A stretch of DNA of 64,000 nucleotides from Candidatus Omnitrophota bacterium (GTDB taxonomy: Bacteria; Omnitrophota; Gorgyraeia; B26-G9), in assembly GCA_018817165.1 (NCBI GenBank), contig JAHITY010000124.1, forward strand, positions 97,973 through 161,972, given 5' to 3'. The position numbers and the translations under genes are program-made. Shown piece after piece: positions 45,439 to 55,305 of this stretch (position 1 is its first letter; the number at the start of each line of letters is the position of its first letter). The notes under the pieces were generated by a model, which was given only the letters and a program-made list of their open reading frames with translations, was not told the origin of the DNA and did not search any database.

Positions 45439-47496
45439 ATGAAAGTATCCTTAACTTGGCTTGAACAATATATAGACATTAAGATTCCGATTAAAACATT
45501 GGTGGATAAATTAACTGATGCAGGGTTGGAAGTCGGAGCAGTGGAAAAAGTCAATAATGACACTGTTTTTGAGATCGAGATCACGTCTAATCGTCCGGAT
45601 TGGCTGAGCTTGCTGGGCATTGCCCGGGAAGTTGCCGCGGTTACTGGTACAAGGAAAATAATTCAGCCAGACGCATTACCTCAGATGAATAAATCAAGCA
45701 AACAAAAAAAATCTTATTCGATTGAAATCCAGGATAAAGCAGCTTGTCCGAGATATGTCGGTAGGTTGATCCGCGATGTGCAGATCGCTCCATCCCAAGA
45801 AAACATTAAAACTTATTTAGAGAATATTGGCTCAAGACTGATCAATAATGCGGCGGATATTACTAATTACTGCTTGTATGAAACCGGTCAGCCGATGCAT
45901 GTATTTGATTTTGATAAAATCAAAGGCGCAAAGATCATTGTCCGCCGAGCAAAAAAGGGCGAGACGATTACGACAATCGATGGGGTTAACCGCAAGCTAG
46001 ATGAATCTATCTTAGTTATTGCGGATGCTGAAAAACCGATTGCTATTGCCGGGATCATGGGTGGACTTGATACTGAAGTAACTGATTTCACAAAAAATAT
46101 TTTGCTTGAATCGGCTTATTTTGATCCAGTGACTATTCGCCGCGGTTCAAGAAAGCTGGGATTATCCACAGAGTCTAATTATCGTTTTGAACGCAAAGTC
46201 GATACTGGTAATATTGTGTTTGCATCATGCCGAGCCGCATACTTATTGCAGGATATTTGTAAAGGCAAGGTAGAAAGCTTTTATTTGGATGTGAATTATT
46301 TAAAAGATAAAGTTAGAAAAGTTGATATTCAGGTAGAGCATGTGGAAAGACTCATTGGCATAAAAGTTTCAACTTCTAAAATTAAAAGCATACTCCTGCC
46401 TTTAGGGTTTAAAGTTGCTAATGCTAAAAAGAAAAACACTTTGACTGTGACTGTTCCTAGCTTTAGAACCGATGTAAGCATCGAAGAAGACCTGATCGAG
46501 GAAATAGCCAGGGTAGAAGGGTTTAGCAGCATAATAGAGTCATTGCCGCCGATTCAGGCGCATATCAACAGCGCCTGCACTGATCAATATATGGCAAAAA
46601 CCAAGATCAGTAATCTTTTGCTCGGACAGGGAATCAATGAGATCATTACCTTGACCTTGATGAGCACAAAAAACTTGGATGATGCGTTTATCCCTGCTGA
46701 TAAAAGGGTAATATTGATCAATCCTTTGAGCATTGAGCAGGAAGCATTAAGAACCTCGCTGTTGCCATCAACCCTTAAAGTGATCAATACTAATCTTAAC
46801 CGCAAGGTCAAAGATCTAAAAGTATTTGAAATCGGCAATATTTATGAAAAAGCTACTAATAAATTCCTGGAAACAGAATCAGTTGCCATAGCTCTTACCG
46901 GCAATGCTTATCAAAACTGGAAAGACCATAACCGCAAAGTCAGTTTTTATGATTTAAAAGGGATTGTGGAAAATGTTTTAGATAGTTTTGGTGTGGATGG
47001 TAATTGTAAATTGGAAGCCAAAGTATTGGCTTATTTTGATCCTGAGCAATCAGCGGTTATTACAGTAGATAATAAAGTCATTGCCGAGCTGGGCAAGGTA
47101 AATAAAAAAGTTACTAAAAATTATGATATATCTGAGCCGGTTTATTTTGCTCAGTTAAATATAGCTGATATCGTATCACTGCAAAGAACCGCTTTTCGCT
47201 ACAACTCAGTACCAAAATATCCTTCGGTAAACCGAGATATTGCTCTGGTAGTTGATAAGCTTATTTCCGCACAGTCTGCCTTGGATATTATCAAACAAGT
47301 CGCAGGCGCTCTTGCCGTAAAAATCGAACTCTTTGATCTGTATACAGGCGATCAAGTGCCTGATAATAAGAAGAGTCTTGCATTTTCTATTGAATACCAA
47401 AGCAGTACCGCTACACTTACTGAGGAAGAAGTATCTAAAGTACATAATAATGTACAGGATGCGCTTCTGAGTAAGTTGGGCGCGAGTCTTAGGTAA
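45439..47496 (+). CDS. pheT: phenylalanyl-tRNA synthetase beta subunit
   Basis: N-terminal MKVSLTWLEQYI, B3/4 and B5 regions; start moved to the ATG at 45439. Confidence 0.85.
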   Translation: MKVSLTWLEQYIDIKIPIKTLVDKLTDAGLEVGAVEKVNNDTVFEIEITSNRPDWLSLLGIAREVAAVTGTRKIIQPDALPQMNKSSKQKKSYSIEIQDKAACPRYVGRLIRDVQIAPSQENIKTYLENIGSRLINNAADITNYCLYETGQPMHVFDFDKIKGAKIIVRRAKKGETITTIDGVNRKLDESILVIADAEKPIAIAGIMGGLDTEVTDFTKNILLESAYFDPVTIRRGSRKLGLSTESNYRFERKVDTGNIVFASCRAAYLLQDICKGKVESFYLDVNYLKDKVRKVDIQVEHVERLIGIKVSTSKIKSILLPLGFKVANAKKKNTLTVTVPSFRTDVSIEEDLIEEIARVEGFSSIIESLPPIQAHINSACTDQYMAKTKISNLLLGQGINEIITLTLMSTKNLDDAFIPADKRVILINPLSIEQEALRTSLLPSTLKVINTNLNRKVKDLKVFEIGNIYEKATNKFLETESVAIALTGNAYQNWKDHNRKVSFYDLKGIVENVLDSFGVDGNCKLEAKVLAYFDPEQSAVITVDNKVIAELGKVNKKVTKNYDISEPVYFAQLNIADIVSLQRTAFRYNSVPKYPSVNRDIALVVDKLISAQSALDIIKQVAGALAVKIELFDLYTGDQVPDNKKSLAFSIEYQSSTATLTEEEVSKVHNNVQDALLSKLGASLR

Positions 47497-47501
47497 GTAA
47501 A

Positions 47502-47645
47502 GTCACAAAGACACCAGGACACAAGGTCACAAGAACGAAAAAAATACGTAGGGGCCGGCCTTGCGTCGGCCTGATAATAATCATAAATAAACCTGTAGGG
47601 ACAGCCCCGACGAAGGAGGGGTGCGAAGCAGGCACTGCCCTGTCC
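47502..47645. repeat. mosaic repeat block: TCACMAGG octamer array plus two REP-like GTAGGG hairpin elements
   Basis: 47502-47533 octamers; 47548-47573 gtaggggccggccttgcgtcggcctg; 47595-47645 gtagggacagcccc...ggcactgccctgtcc. Confidence 0.6.
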
Positions 47646-47769
47646 TATAATAAAAATACAAAATGCCGCAATCCAATGCGGGTTTGGAAAAACATGTTGG
47701 CTGTTGGCTTATAGCTAATAGTAAAAAATATAAACAATCGGGTTAATTTCTAATGAAGGATTTTTTGTT

Positions 47770-48300
47770 ATGGCAAAACAAAGATCAATTGTAAAAATTA
47801 GTAAGATTGAACAGCGTATTTTATTAATGCGTGGTGAGAAAGTGATGATAGATGCGGATCTTGCTGAATTTTACGGGGTGTCGACTAAACGCTTGAATGA
47901 ACAGATAAAACGCAATATTAAGCGTTTCCCTGAAGATTTTATTTTTCAGTTAACAGAAAATGAGAAAGCCGAGGTGGTCGCAAATTGCGACCACCTTTTA
48001 AATTTGAAATATTCAAAGTCATTGCCCTATGCTTTTACCGAACATGGAGCGATTATGGCTGCAAGTGTTCTTAATTCAGCCCGCGCTATAGAGGCTAGTA
48101 TTTTCATTGTAAGAGCGTTTGTTCAGCTTAGAGAAGCAATTGCTTCAAATAAAGAAATCGCCTTAAAAGTAGCCCAGCTTGAGCGAAAACTTGCCGACCA
48201 TGACGGACAAATCTTGGCATTAGTAGAAGCGATAAAGGAATTTTTGGTTTTTAAGCCTGTGCCGAAAAAAAGACAAATAGGGTTTAATCCGGATGAATGA
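47770..48300 (+). CDS. ORF6N-domain protein (phage/mobile-element associated, anti-repressor-like)
   Basis: IRG.KVMID.DLAEFYGV.TKRLNEQIKRNIKRFPEDFIFQLT ... SLPYAFTEHGAIMAASVLNS matches the ORF6N family signature. Confidence 0.7.
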   Translation: MAKQRSIVKISKIEQRILLMRGEKVMIDADLAEFYGVSTKRLNEQIKRNIKRFPEDFIFQLTENEKAEVVANCDHLLNLKYSKSLPYAFTEHGAIMAASVLNSARAIEASIFIVRAFVQLREAIASNKEIALKVAQLERKLADHDGQILALVEAIKEFLVFKPVPKKRQIGFNPDE

Positions 48301-48609
48301 TTAGTTGTAGTGTCCTGGCGACTTTGGATAAAGATAGCCAATAGAATGGAAAGTTTATGAAGTGAAATTGTAAAGCTTGTATTGCGTAAAACCGAAGTAC
48401 GAGGGACGACCGCTGCGCTAAGACGATGGACGATTAAGCAAAAAATGCAGAAAAACCGATATTATCAGATCATCTGATTTACTGGTATTACATAGCAAAT
48501 AAGATGTATTTAGACATAATATGGCTGTTTTAGATGCAAAATTTACTAATTATAGTGGGTTTTTTCAGTAAACAAGATGGTCGTATATTAAGTGTTATAA
48601 CAAACAAAA

Positions 48610-49143
48610 ATGCAAAAATTAAAAACCAGAAAATTAAACAGATTTAAAAATTATAATTATTCAACGAATGGATATTATTTTGTAACCATTTGTTCAAATG
48701 ACAGACAAGATATATTCGGTAATTTTACAAATAACGTAGGGGCGCCGCTTGCCTGCGCCCGTATAGAATTATCAAAAATCGGTCAAATAATCAATAACCA
48801 ATGGAATGATATCCCTAATCAATATGATAATGTCGAAATAATCGAATACGTTATCATGCCGAATCATATCCATGGAATAATTAAATTAGGGGCGACCGCC
48901 AGGGTCGCCCCTACAGGATTAGGTAAAATTATTGGTACATTTAAATCAAAATGTTCAACTAAATATTTACGATATATTAAAAATAATGATATTGGTACAT
49001 CCGCGGATATCTGGCAGCGAAACTATTATGACCATGTTATTCGAACGGATTCATCATTAAAACAAATATGTGAATATATTCGCACAAATTTATTTACATG
49101 GTCAACCGATACAAAAAATCCAGAAAATAACAAAAGCACATAA
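48610..49143 (+). mobile_element. REP-associated tyrosine transposase (RAYT; IS200/IS605-type Y1 HUH transposase)
   Basis: YYFVTICS, HUH motif MPNHIHGII and catalytic-Tyr region WQRNYYDHVIR; two REP-like sequences embedded in the CDS (48736-48761, 48888-48913). Confidence 0.7.
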
Positions 49144-49254
49144 CCATTCGCTCCAGGGTAATCGCTACCCGCCGCCAAATGGCGTCGGTTCGCTCTGACT
49201 AAAATCAAGTGTTATGGGAATTATAACAGGAATTTTAAATGAAAGGAGAAGATT

Positions 49255-50121
49255 ATGGGACCGATGATGACAGTAATAGCTGGCGTAGTTTTATTTATAT
49301 TTTTTCTGGGGATTCGGATTGTAAGACCTACACACCGGGGGTTAATTGAAAGGTTGGGTAAATACAATCGCTTTGCTAACTACGGATTTAACTGGATTGT
49401 GCCAATTATTGATAATATGTATATGGTTAATGTTACAGAACAAATGGTTGATGCTGATCCACAGGAAATAATTACAAATGATAATCTAAATGCAACTGTT
49501 GATGCTCAAGTTTATTTTAAGGTAAAAGCTGATGAGGAAAGCGTTAAAAGTTCTCAATATCATGTTAATGATTATCAATCACAAATCGTTAATCTTGCTC
49601 GAACAACTTTAAGAAATATAATAGGTACTCTTACTTTGAAGTCTGCTAATAGTGAAAGAGGAAAAATTAATAATGAATTACATAAAACCCTTCGAGAAGA
49701 AACAACTACTTGGGGGATTGAAATTGTCCGCACTGAATTAAAGCAAATCGATCCGCCAAAAGATGTGCAGGAAACAATGAATAAAGTTGTTAAGGCGGAG
49801 AATGAGAAAATTTCGGCTATTGATTATGCAACAGCCAGAGAAACCGTGGCTGACGGAGAGAAAAGAGCAAAGATAAAAGAAGCTGAAGGGGTAAAAAGAG
49901 CCAGGATTCTACAGGCAGAAGGTGAATCGGAAGCTATAAAATTAGTAAATGAAGCTGCAGAGAAATATTTTGTTGGCAATGCTCAAATTTTAAGAAAGAT
50001 TCAGATGGTTGAAACTTCATTAGAAGATAATGCTAAGGTAGTTATTCCCACTGGGACTGACTTAGTTAATGTAGTCGGTGAATTAGCGGGTATATTACCT
50101 CTTAAGACAAAAGAAAAATAA
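49255..50121 (+). CDS. SPFH/Band 7 (stomatin-prohibitin-like) membrane protein
   Basis: N-terminal TM helix, IVRPTHRGLIERLGKY, coiled-coil E/K/A-rich C-terminus. Confidence 0.75.
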   Translation: MGPMMTVIAGVVLFIFFLGIRIVRPTHRGLIERLGKYNRFANYGFNWIVPIIDNMYMVNVTEQMVDADPQEIITNDNLNATVDAQVYFKVKADEESVKSSQYHVNDYQSQIVNLARTTLRNIIGTLTLKSANSERGKINNELHKTLREETTTWGIEIVRTELKQIDPPKDVQETMNKVVKAENEKISAIDYATARETVADGEKRAKIKEAEGVKRARILQAEGESEAIKLVNEAAEKYFVGNAQILRKIQMVETSLEDNAKVVIPTGTDLVNVVGELAGILPLKTKEK

Positions 50122-50401
50122 ATACATAATAAATCACTTCCCCTTCATAGAACGGCGGGATAAACCCCGAATGAGAAAGTTGTGGGATAAACAGGCAATC
50201 CAAAAAATAGCGATTAGGAGTTAGCGAATAGCGGTATTTTGTTTTTTCAAACGCTTAACGCTATCCGTTAATTTTAGCCTTAGCTTGGGATATGAGAGCT
50301 TATCTGGACATTTCAGCCGAAAAAGAGTAGACTTATTAAGTTGAAATGGCAAAACAGTACTTTCCTTTAACAGCTGCACAAAATCAAAAAATTGGAGCAA
50401 T

Positions 50402-51010
50402 ATGCTAAAACAAGTTATTTTTATTTGTCTAATAATCCTAATCCCCCTGATTGCTGGATGTTCCACACCAAGCAATTCTTTAAAAGTGGATTATTCAGAT
50501 ATTTCAAAATTGTCGAGTGCCGGGAATCTGGAAGTAGTGGTGATCTGTAAAGCTAAGACGGCGGAAAAAGAAATAGTGAAAATTGGCGATGCTGTAGTCA
50601 GTCAGTTGAAAAATATCGGGGTTTTTAAAAATGTCTATGGCGTGCAATCTAACGGGAGGATGACTTCTGATCTTAGATTAGAAGTAACAATAACCGCGCT
50701 TAAACCGGTTTCAAAATCAGCTCGTTTTTTGATTGGGGCTTTGGCTGGACAGGGAAAAATAGAAGCAAGGATTGATCTGCTTGATTTGGCTGCCAAGCGT
50801 CAGGTGGTCTGGGCAAATGTCTCTGGTTCAACCTCAACTGGATCAGCCTTGGCGGGAACAACCGAAGAAGCGATTGATCAGCTGGCTGCGGCAATTGCTA
50901 AAATTTTTCAGGAAAAAGTATTAAAACAAACAGTTGTTAAAGATAGCGATAAAGCTTGTGTGCAGCCTTTTTTAATCAAAGAACTGGGTGAAAATCTGCC
51001 GGCTAATTAA
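50402..51010 (+). CDS. putative lipoprotein
   Basis: Signal peptide with lipobox LIAGCS. Confidence 0.4.
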   Translation: MLKQVIFICLIILIPLIAGCSTPSNSLKVDYSDISKLSSAGNLEVVVICKAKTAEKEIVKIGDAVVSQLKNIGVFKNVYGVQSNGRMTSDLRLEVTITALKPVSKSARFLIGALAGQGKIEARIDLLDLAAKRQVVWANVSGSTSTGSALAGTTEEAIDQLAAAIAKIFQEKVLKQTVVKDSDKACVQPFLIKELGENLPAN

Positions 51011-51173
51011 AGATAATGGTGGCTAGTCTTGAATTTTTAGTTTTACTGTTTACTAAACGCTGTTTTTAGCCTAAGCTAAAATTTTAGATGGAATATGAAA
51101 TAAAAAAAATTATATTTCAATCAATAACAACTCGTTTCAGATAAACCGATAAAAAAATAAAAACTATCAGTTC

Positions 51174-51202
51174 TTGACCATTAGCTATTGAGCGTATAGA
51201 AT
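51174..51202 (+). promoter_or_regulatory. putative sigma-70 promoter TTGACC-N17-TAGAAT
   Basis: Followed by (aactt)x3 and strong SD aaggagg before the ATG at 51251. Confidence 0.35.
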
Positions 51203-51250
51203 ATATGAAATAACTCAACTTAACTTAACTTAAACAAAAAGGAGGAATAA

Positions 51251-51577
51251 ATGGTAGAAGCAAAAGGATTAAGTAAGCCGGTAAAGCTAAAAAGTGATCT
51301 TGCGGCATTCTTGGGAAAGAAAGAACTTCCTAGAACAGAGATTACAAAAAAACTATGGGATTATATTAAAAAGAATAAATTGCAGACAAAGTCTGTTAAT
51401 GGGAAACCGGAGAATGCAGGTAAGTACATTGTAGCAGATGCTAAATTGCTGCCTATTTTCAAGAATACCAATTCGAAAAGCAAGTCAGGTTCAATCACTA
51501 ATCTTACTGCGATGAAAGAAGGCCAGACAATCAATATGATGCAGATGGCAGCTGTTGTCGGAGCAAATATCGAATAA
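51251..51577 (+). CDS. SWIB/MDM2 domain protein
   Basis: KPVKLKSDLAAFLGKKELPRTEITKKLWDYIKKNKLQ matches the SWIB domain. Confidence 0.7.
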   Translation: MVEAKGLSKPVKLKSDLAAFLGKKELPRTEITKKLWDYIKKNKLQTKSVNGKPENAGKYIVADAKLLPIFKNTNSKSKSGSITNLTAMKEGQTINMMQMAAVVGANIE

Positions 51578-51604
51578 GCTGAATTGTTAATAAAAATCCA
51601 GAAT

Positions 51605-51670
51605 AAATCAGTTGTAGCTAATCGATGATAGTCGATGGTCAATGGTAATAAATTATAAACCATCGGCTAT
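51605..51670. repeat. heptamer-type tandem repeats (agctaat cgatgat agtcgat ggtcaat ...)
   Basis: Same loose AGCTNAT periodicity as 3981, 13001, 31347 and 47695. Confidence 0.4.
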
Positions 51671-51727
51671 CGGGTTTTATCTAAATATTTTGAGTTAAAA
51701 CATTTAAATAATAAAAATGAGGAAATT

Positions 51728-52015
51728 ATGTCAGTATACTTTTTGGCGGAAATTACTGAAATTACCGATGAGAAAATGTATCAGGAGTATATTAAAAAAG
51801 CCAAGCCGATTGTCGGTAAGTTTGGCGGGAAGTATGTGCTGAAATCAGATAAATTAATTCCTGTAACCGGAGACTGGGATTTAGAGAAGATAATCCTAAT
51901 TAATTTTGAAAGCAAAGAAAAAATCCAGGAATGTTTTCAGTCAAAAGAATATAAAGCAATAAAGCACTTAAGAATTGATTCGACTGAATCTAGAGCTTTG
52001 ATTGTTGAAGAATAA
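51728..52015 (+). CDS. DUF1330 domain protein
   Basis: MSVYFLAEITEITDEKMYQEYIKKAKPIVGKFGGKY ... matches the DUF1330 family pattern. Confidence 0.6.
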   Translation: MSVYFLAEITEITDEKMYQEYIKKAKPIVGKFGGKYVLKSDKLIPVTGDWDLEKIILINFESKEKIQECFQSKEYKAIKHLRIDSTESRALIVEE

Positions 52016-52082
52016 ATGTTTAAGAGTAATGCTATGTGCTCTTGTCTGGACAGCCGCATACTAGATTAAATCAGAAGGGTGA

Positions 52083-52202
52083 ATGATGAAAAAAATAAAA
52101 CTTAGTCTATTGGTTTTAATTTGGTTGATAATCTTTGTTTTTCCTGTATATGCCGGAATGGGTTACTCATTAAAATGTTCTAGTTGTGGGCTGGAAGAAT
52201 AA
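52083..52202 (+). CDS. small secreted Cys-containing peptide (39 aa), in frame with the next ORF across a TAA stop
   Basis: MMKKIKLSLLVLIWLIIFVFPVYAGMGYSLKCSSCGLEE*; same frame as 52221-52559. Confidence 0.3.
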   Translation: MMKKIKLSLLVLIWLIIFVFPVYAGMGYSLKCSSCGLEE

Positions 52203-52220
52203 TTATTTTTTGAATCAGGA

Positions 52221-52559
52221 ATGCTGATGCGTGTTATTGCTAATGGCTATTGTACGAATTGTAATAAATTTCAGCGAATTAGCTGCGGGACAGTCAAGAA
52301 TCAAGAAGGATTATATGTGAATTCTAATGGCACGACAATGACTTCAGAAGAAATTAAGAGTTTAGAAACCCCCCTGGGCTATGTTTATTGTCCATATTCA
52401 AAAACAAATAAGGCATTATATTCCTGTCCCAGTTGTGGCAAACCTTTTATGGCAATTGATGAGGATGATTTTGGAAGTTTCGAATCCCCGGAAAACTTAT
52501 ATTGTCCTAAGTGTCATAAAAACACGTTGCTAGGACAATCTGGAATACTCTGGGATTAA
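52221..52559 (+). CDS. Cys-rich zinc-ribbon protein
   Basis: Four CxxC pairs (CTNCN, CPYS, CPSCGK, CPKCHK). Confidence 0.35.
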   Translation: MLMRVIANGYCTNCNKFQRISCGTVKNQEGLYVNSNGTTMTSEEIKSLETPLGYVYCPYSKTNKALYSCPSCGKPFMAIDEDDFGSFESPENLYCPKCHKNTLLGQSGILWD

Positions 52560-52614
52560 AACCTGAACAGCTATCTGTCAAAGTAAAATTATAAACAGCG
52601 TTGGGAAATTAAAA

Positions 52615-53190
52615 GTGGATATATTTATTTTAATTGGAATAGCCGTAGGCTTATCATTAGACGCATTTACAGTCTCTGTTACAAACAGCACAATAATCAA
52701 AAATCTGGAACTTAGACATGGTTTAAGGATGTCTGTATTTTTTGGATTTTTTCAGATGATAATGCCGATAATCGGATGGGCCGCAGGACTTACCTTCAGT
52801 CAATATATTCAGGGGTTTGATCATTGGATTGCTTTTGGATTATTAGCTTTTGTCGGAGGAAGAATGATTTGGTCGGGCTTGCCGATGAACAAGCAAACTG
52901 ACTCAAGTAATAATGAAAATAATCAGGATTGTCGGAATTTACCAACACTGTTTGTTTTATCAATCGCGACAAGTATTGATGCCATGGCAGTGGGCTTGAG
53001 TTTTGCCTTGATTGAAATATCAATTATATTCCCGGCAATCATAATTGGAATTATTACATTTCTCATGTCTTTAATTGGTTATTTTATTGGCAAAAGAATC
53101 GGGGAAAAGCTGGATTTTAAATTAGAAGTAATCGGAGGGATAATCTTAATTGGAATTGGGATTAAAATTCTTTTTGACCATATTATGTAA
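52615..53190 (+). CDS. mntP: manganese efflux pump MntP family
   Basis: LSLDAFTVSVT and SIDAMAVGLSF paired DUF204 repeats; GTG start. Confidence 0.7.
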   Translation: MDIFILIGIAVGLSLDAFTVSVTNSTIIKNLELRHGLRMSVFFGFFQMIMPIIGWAAGLTFSQYIQGFDHWIAFGLLAFVGGRMIWSGLPMNKQTDSSNNENNQDCRNLPTLFVLSIATSIDAMAVGLSFALIEISIIFPAIIIGIITFLMSLIGYFIGKRIGEKLDFKLEVIGGIILIGIGIKILFDHIM

Positions 53191-53487
53191 GAAAGAGATA
53201 AAGATTTTTTTTAACAAATGTTTAATCAATTAATGAAAATAAGTGTGAAAGATTAATATGAGTTGGACTTGTCCTCATCAAATAAAAGATAATTTTTGTG
53301 AATTGCGCAAAAAAGAATGTGAATCTGGTGCTGTTGGGTGTGTTTTGTCAAAAAAATTTAAGTTTATTGGTGATCAAACAGTACCCGACAAAATTAAGAA
53401 TAAAGGAAATATTAAAAAATATACCATTAAAAATGAGAAAATGTGAAAGAAACAAGCAAATAATTGCGGACATTTTACAGCTTAATT

Positions 53488-54453
53488 ATGAAAAACTTTA
53501 TTAATTGTAATTCAAAAACTATTTTAATCTGGATTATTACGGCTTGTTTTATTTTTGACGTTTCTCAGTCAGCTTTAGCTGCGTCTGCAATATTCAGCAA
53601 GCCTTATCCCGTCCAAATCAAAGGTTTACCTCTGGGGGTTGATAATACACCAATCAGCACTGAAGAACCTTTTATTTCCCGTGACGGTAGATTTTTATTT
53701 TTTAATACCGCGGCAAGTGAAAACAATAAAGATTTGCATTTTGCTGAGTTTATTCAAAATCAATGGGTATATCGAGGTCCAATCGGTCCGGATGTTAATA
53801 CTGCTAAGTATGTTGAAGGCAATCCGACAATGGATAGAAGAAACAAGTTTTTATATATTGATACAGCTGTTGACCGTATGGTCAGAAGTGCTAAGTTTTC
53901 TTCTGAGACAGGGCAACTTAGTGATATAAAAGAGTTTCAAACCATTCCCAATCGCCAGATAGACCTGGTCTACCAGAAATTTCAAGGGAATATGGGCGTA
54001 GAGATCAGTGCTGATGGGAAAACTATATACTTTTCTCGGGCTGTCTGGGAAATGCGCGGTATGGAATTGGGAAGAATGGTTGGCTCGGATATTCTTTTCC
54101 TTACTAAAAAAAATGGAACTTATCTTTTTGACAAGATATGGGTAAAAAATATTATGCAGAATATAAACACAACTGATTTGGAGTATGCAGCTTCAATTTC
54201 CGCAGATGGTCTGGAATTGTTTTTTACCAGGATGGAGCTTGAAGGTTTAAAAAAAGGCAAAATAAGCTCAAGAATCATGCATGCAGTAAGAACTTCTTTA
54301 TCAGAACCATTTGGTCATCCGGTAATGATTCAGACAATCGGTAGCTCTAATTTTGTGGAGGGGCCAGCGATATCTCCGGATGGGAAAGAATTATACTACC
54401 ATAAGTATAATGGGAGAAAATTTCGAATTTTTAAAGTTAGACGTTATAATTAA
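53488..54453 (+). CDS. secreted PD40 (WD40-like beta-propeller) repeat protein
   Basis: Signal peptide; repeated ISRDGRFLFF / ISADGKTIYF / ISADGLELFF / ISPDGKELYY units. Confidence 0.45.
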   Translation: MKNFINCNSKTILIWIITACFIFDVSQSALAASAIFSKPYPVQIKGLPLGVDNTPISTEEPFISRDGRFLFFNTAASENNKDLHFAEFIQNQWVYRGPIGPDVNTAKYVEGNPTMDRRNKFLYIDTAVDRMVRSAKFSSETGQLSDIKEFQTIPNRQIDLVYQKFQGNMGVEISADGKTIYFSRAVWEMRGMELGRMVGSDILFLTKKNGTYLFDKIWVKNIMQNINTTDLEYAASISADGLELFFTRMELEGLKKGKISSRIMHAVRTSLSEPFGHPVMIQTIGSSNFVEGPAISPDGKELYYHKYNGRKFRIFKVRRYN

Positions 54454-54525
54454 TGTCGGAGAATTTAAAGTAAGATAATAGCATAAAGGGAATTTTTTTA
54501 TGCAGTTAGATTGTAAGGAGATAGA

Positions 54526-54831
54526 ATGATCAAACACATTGTAATTTGGAGTTTAAAGGAAAATGCTAATGAAAACTCTAAACAAGTCAATGCTCAGATT
54601 ATCAAAGAAAAGCTGGAAGCATTACGAGGTAGGATTCCGGGCTTGTTAAACATAGAAGTCGGTATAGATTTTTCTTTTACAGCGAATAGCGGCGATATTG
54701 TGCTTTATTCAGAGTTTACATCTAAGCAAGCGCTTATTGAATATCAAATCCATCCTGAGCATAAGGCTGTTGTTCCTATGGTTGTCGAAGTTTGCAGTTC
54801 AAGACAAGTAGTTGATTATGAAATTAACTAA
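54526..54831 (+). CDS. Dabb family stress-responsive alpha/beta-barrel protein
   Basis: MIKHIVIWSLKE ... HPEHKAV pattern. Confidence 0.55.
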   Translation: MIKHIVIWSLKENANENSKQVNAQIIKEKLEALRGRIPGLLNIEVGIDFSFTANSGDIVLYSEFTSKQALIEYQIHPEHKAVVPMVVEVCSSRQVVDYEIN

Positions 54832-55305
54832 TAAAATTAATTAATGAAATAAAGTTGATTATTTTATGGAGAGGCAAATGTCTAAACAAAATAAAATCTG
54901 GTTTAATGCTTATAGTCGGACGCTGTGGATACCGGTTTGCTGGCAAGGCTGGGTGGTGATTCTTGCGTTTTCAGCTTCAATTGGATTGATTTATATAACT
55001 AATAATGTCTCGGATAATGTGCCGTTTGATTTTGCTAAACATTGGCCGCTATTAGTCGAGTTGGCAAGTGTATTTATTTCAGTTAATCTTATCTCTAAGG
55101 GGCATATAGATAAAAAATATTGAAAAAAACACAAAAAAGCAGTCTGAAATTACGCCAGGAAAAAAGACGATTTAATGCTATTTACTCCATTTAATTTTGG
55201 CGCACATGCTTGCGCAGCATTGCCTTTAGATTGTATTTATCCTGGCAATGTTAGTATATTTTAAGGCTATAAGCAAATATAAGAAATCTAACCCTGAGGT
55301 AAAAC

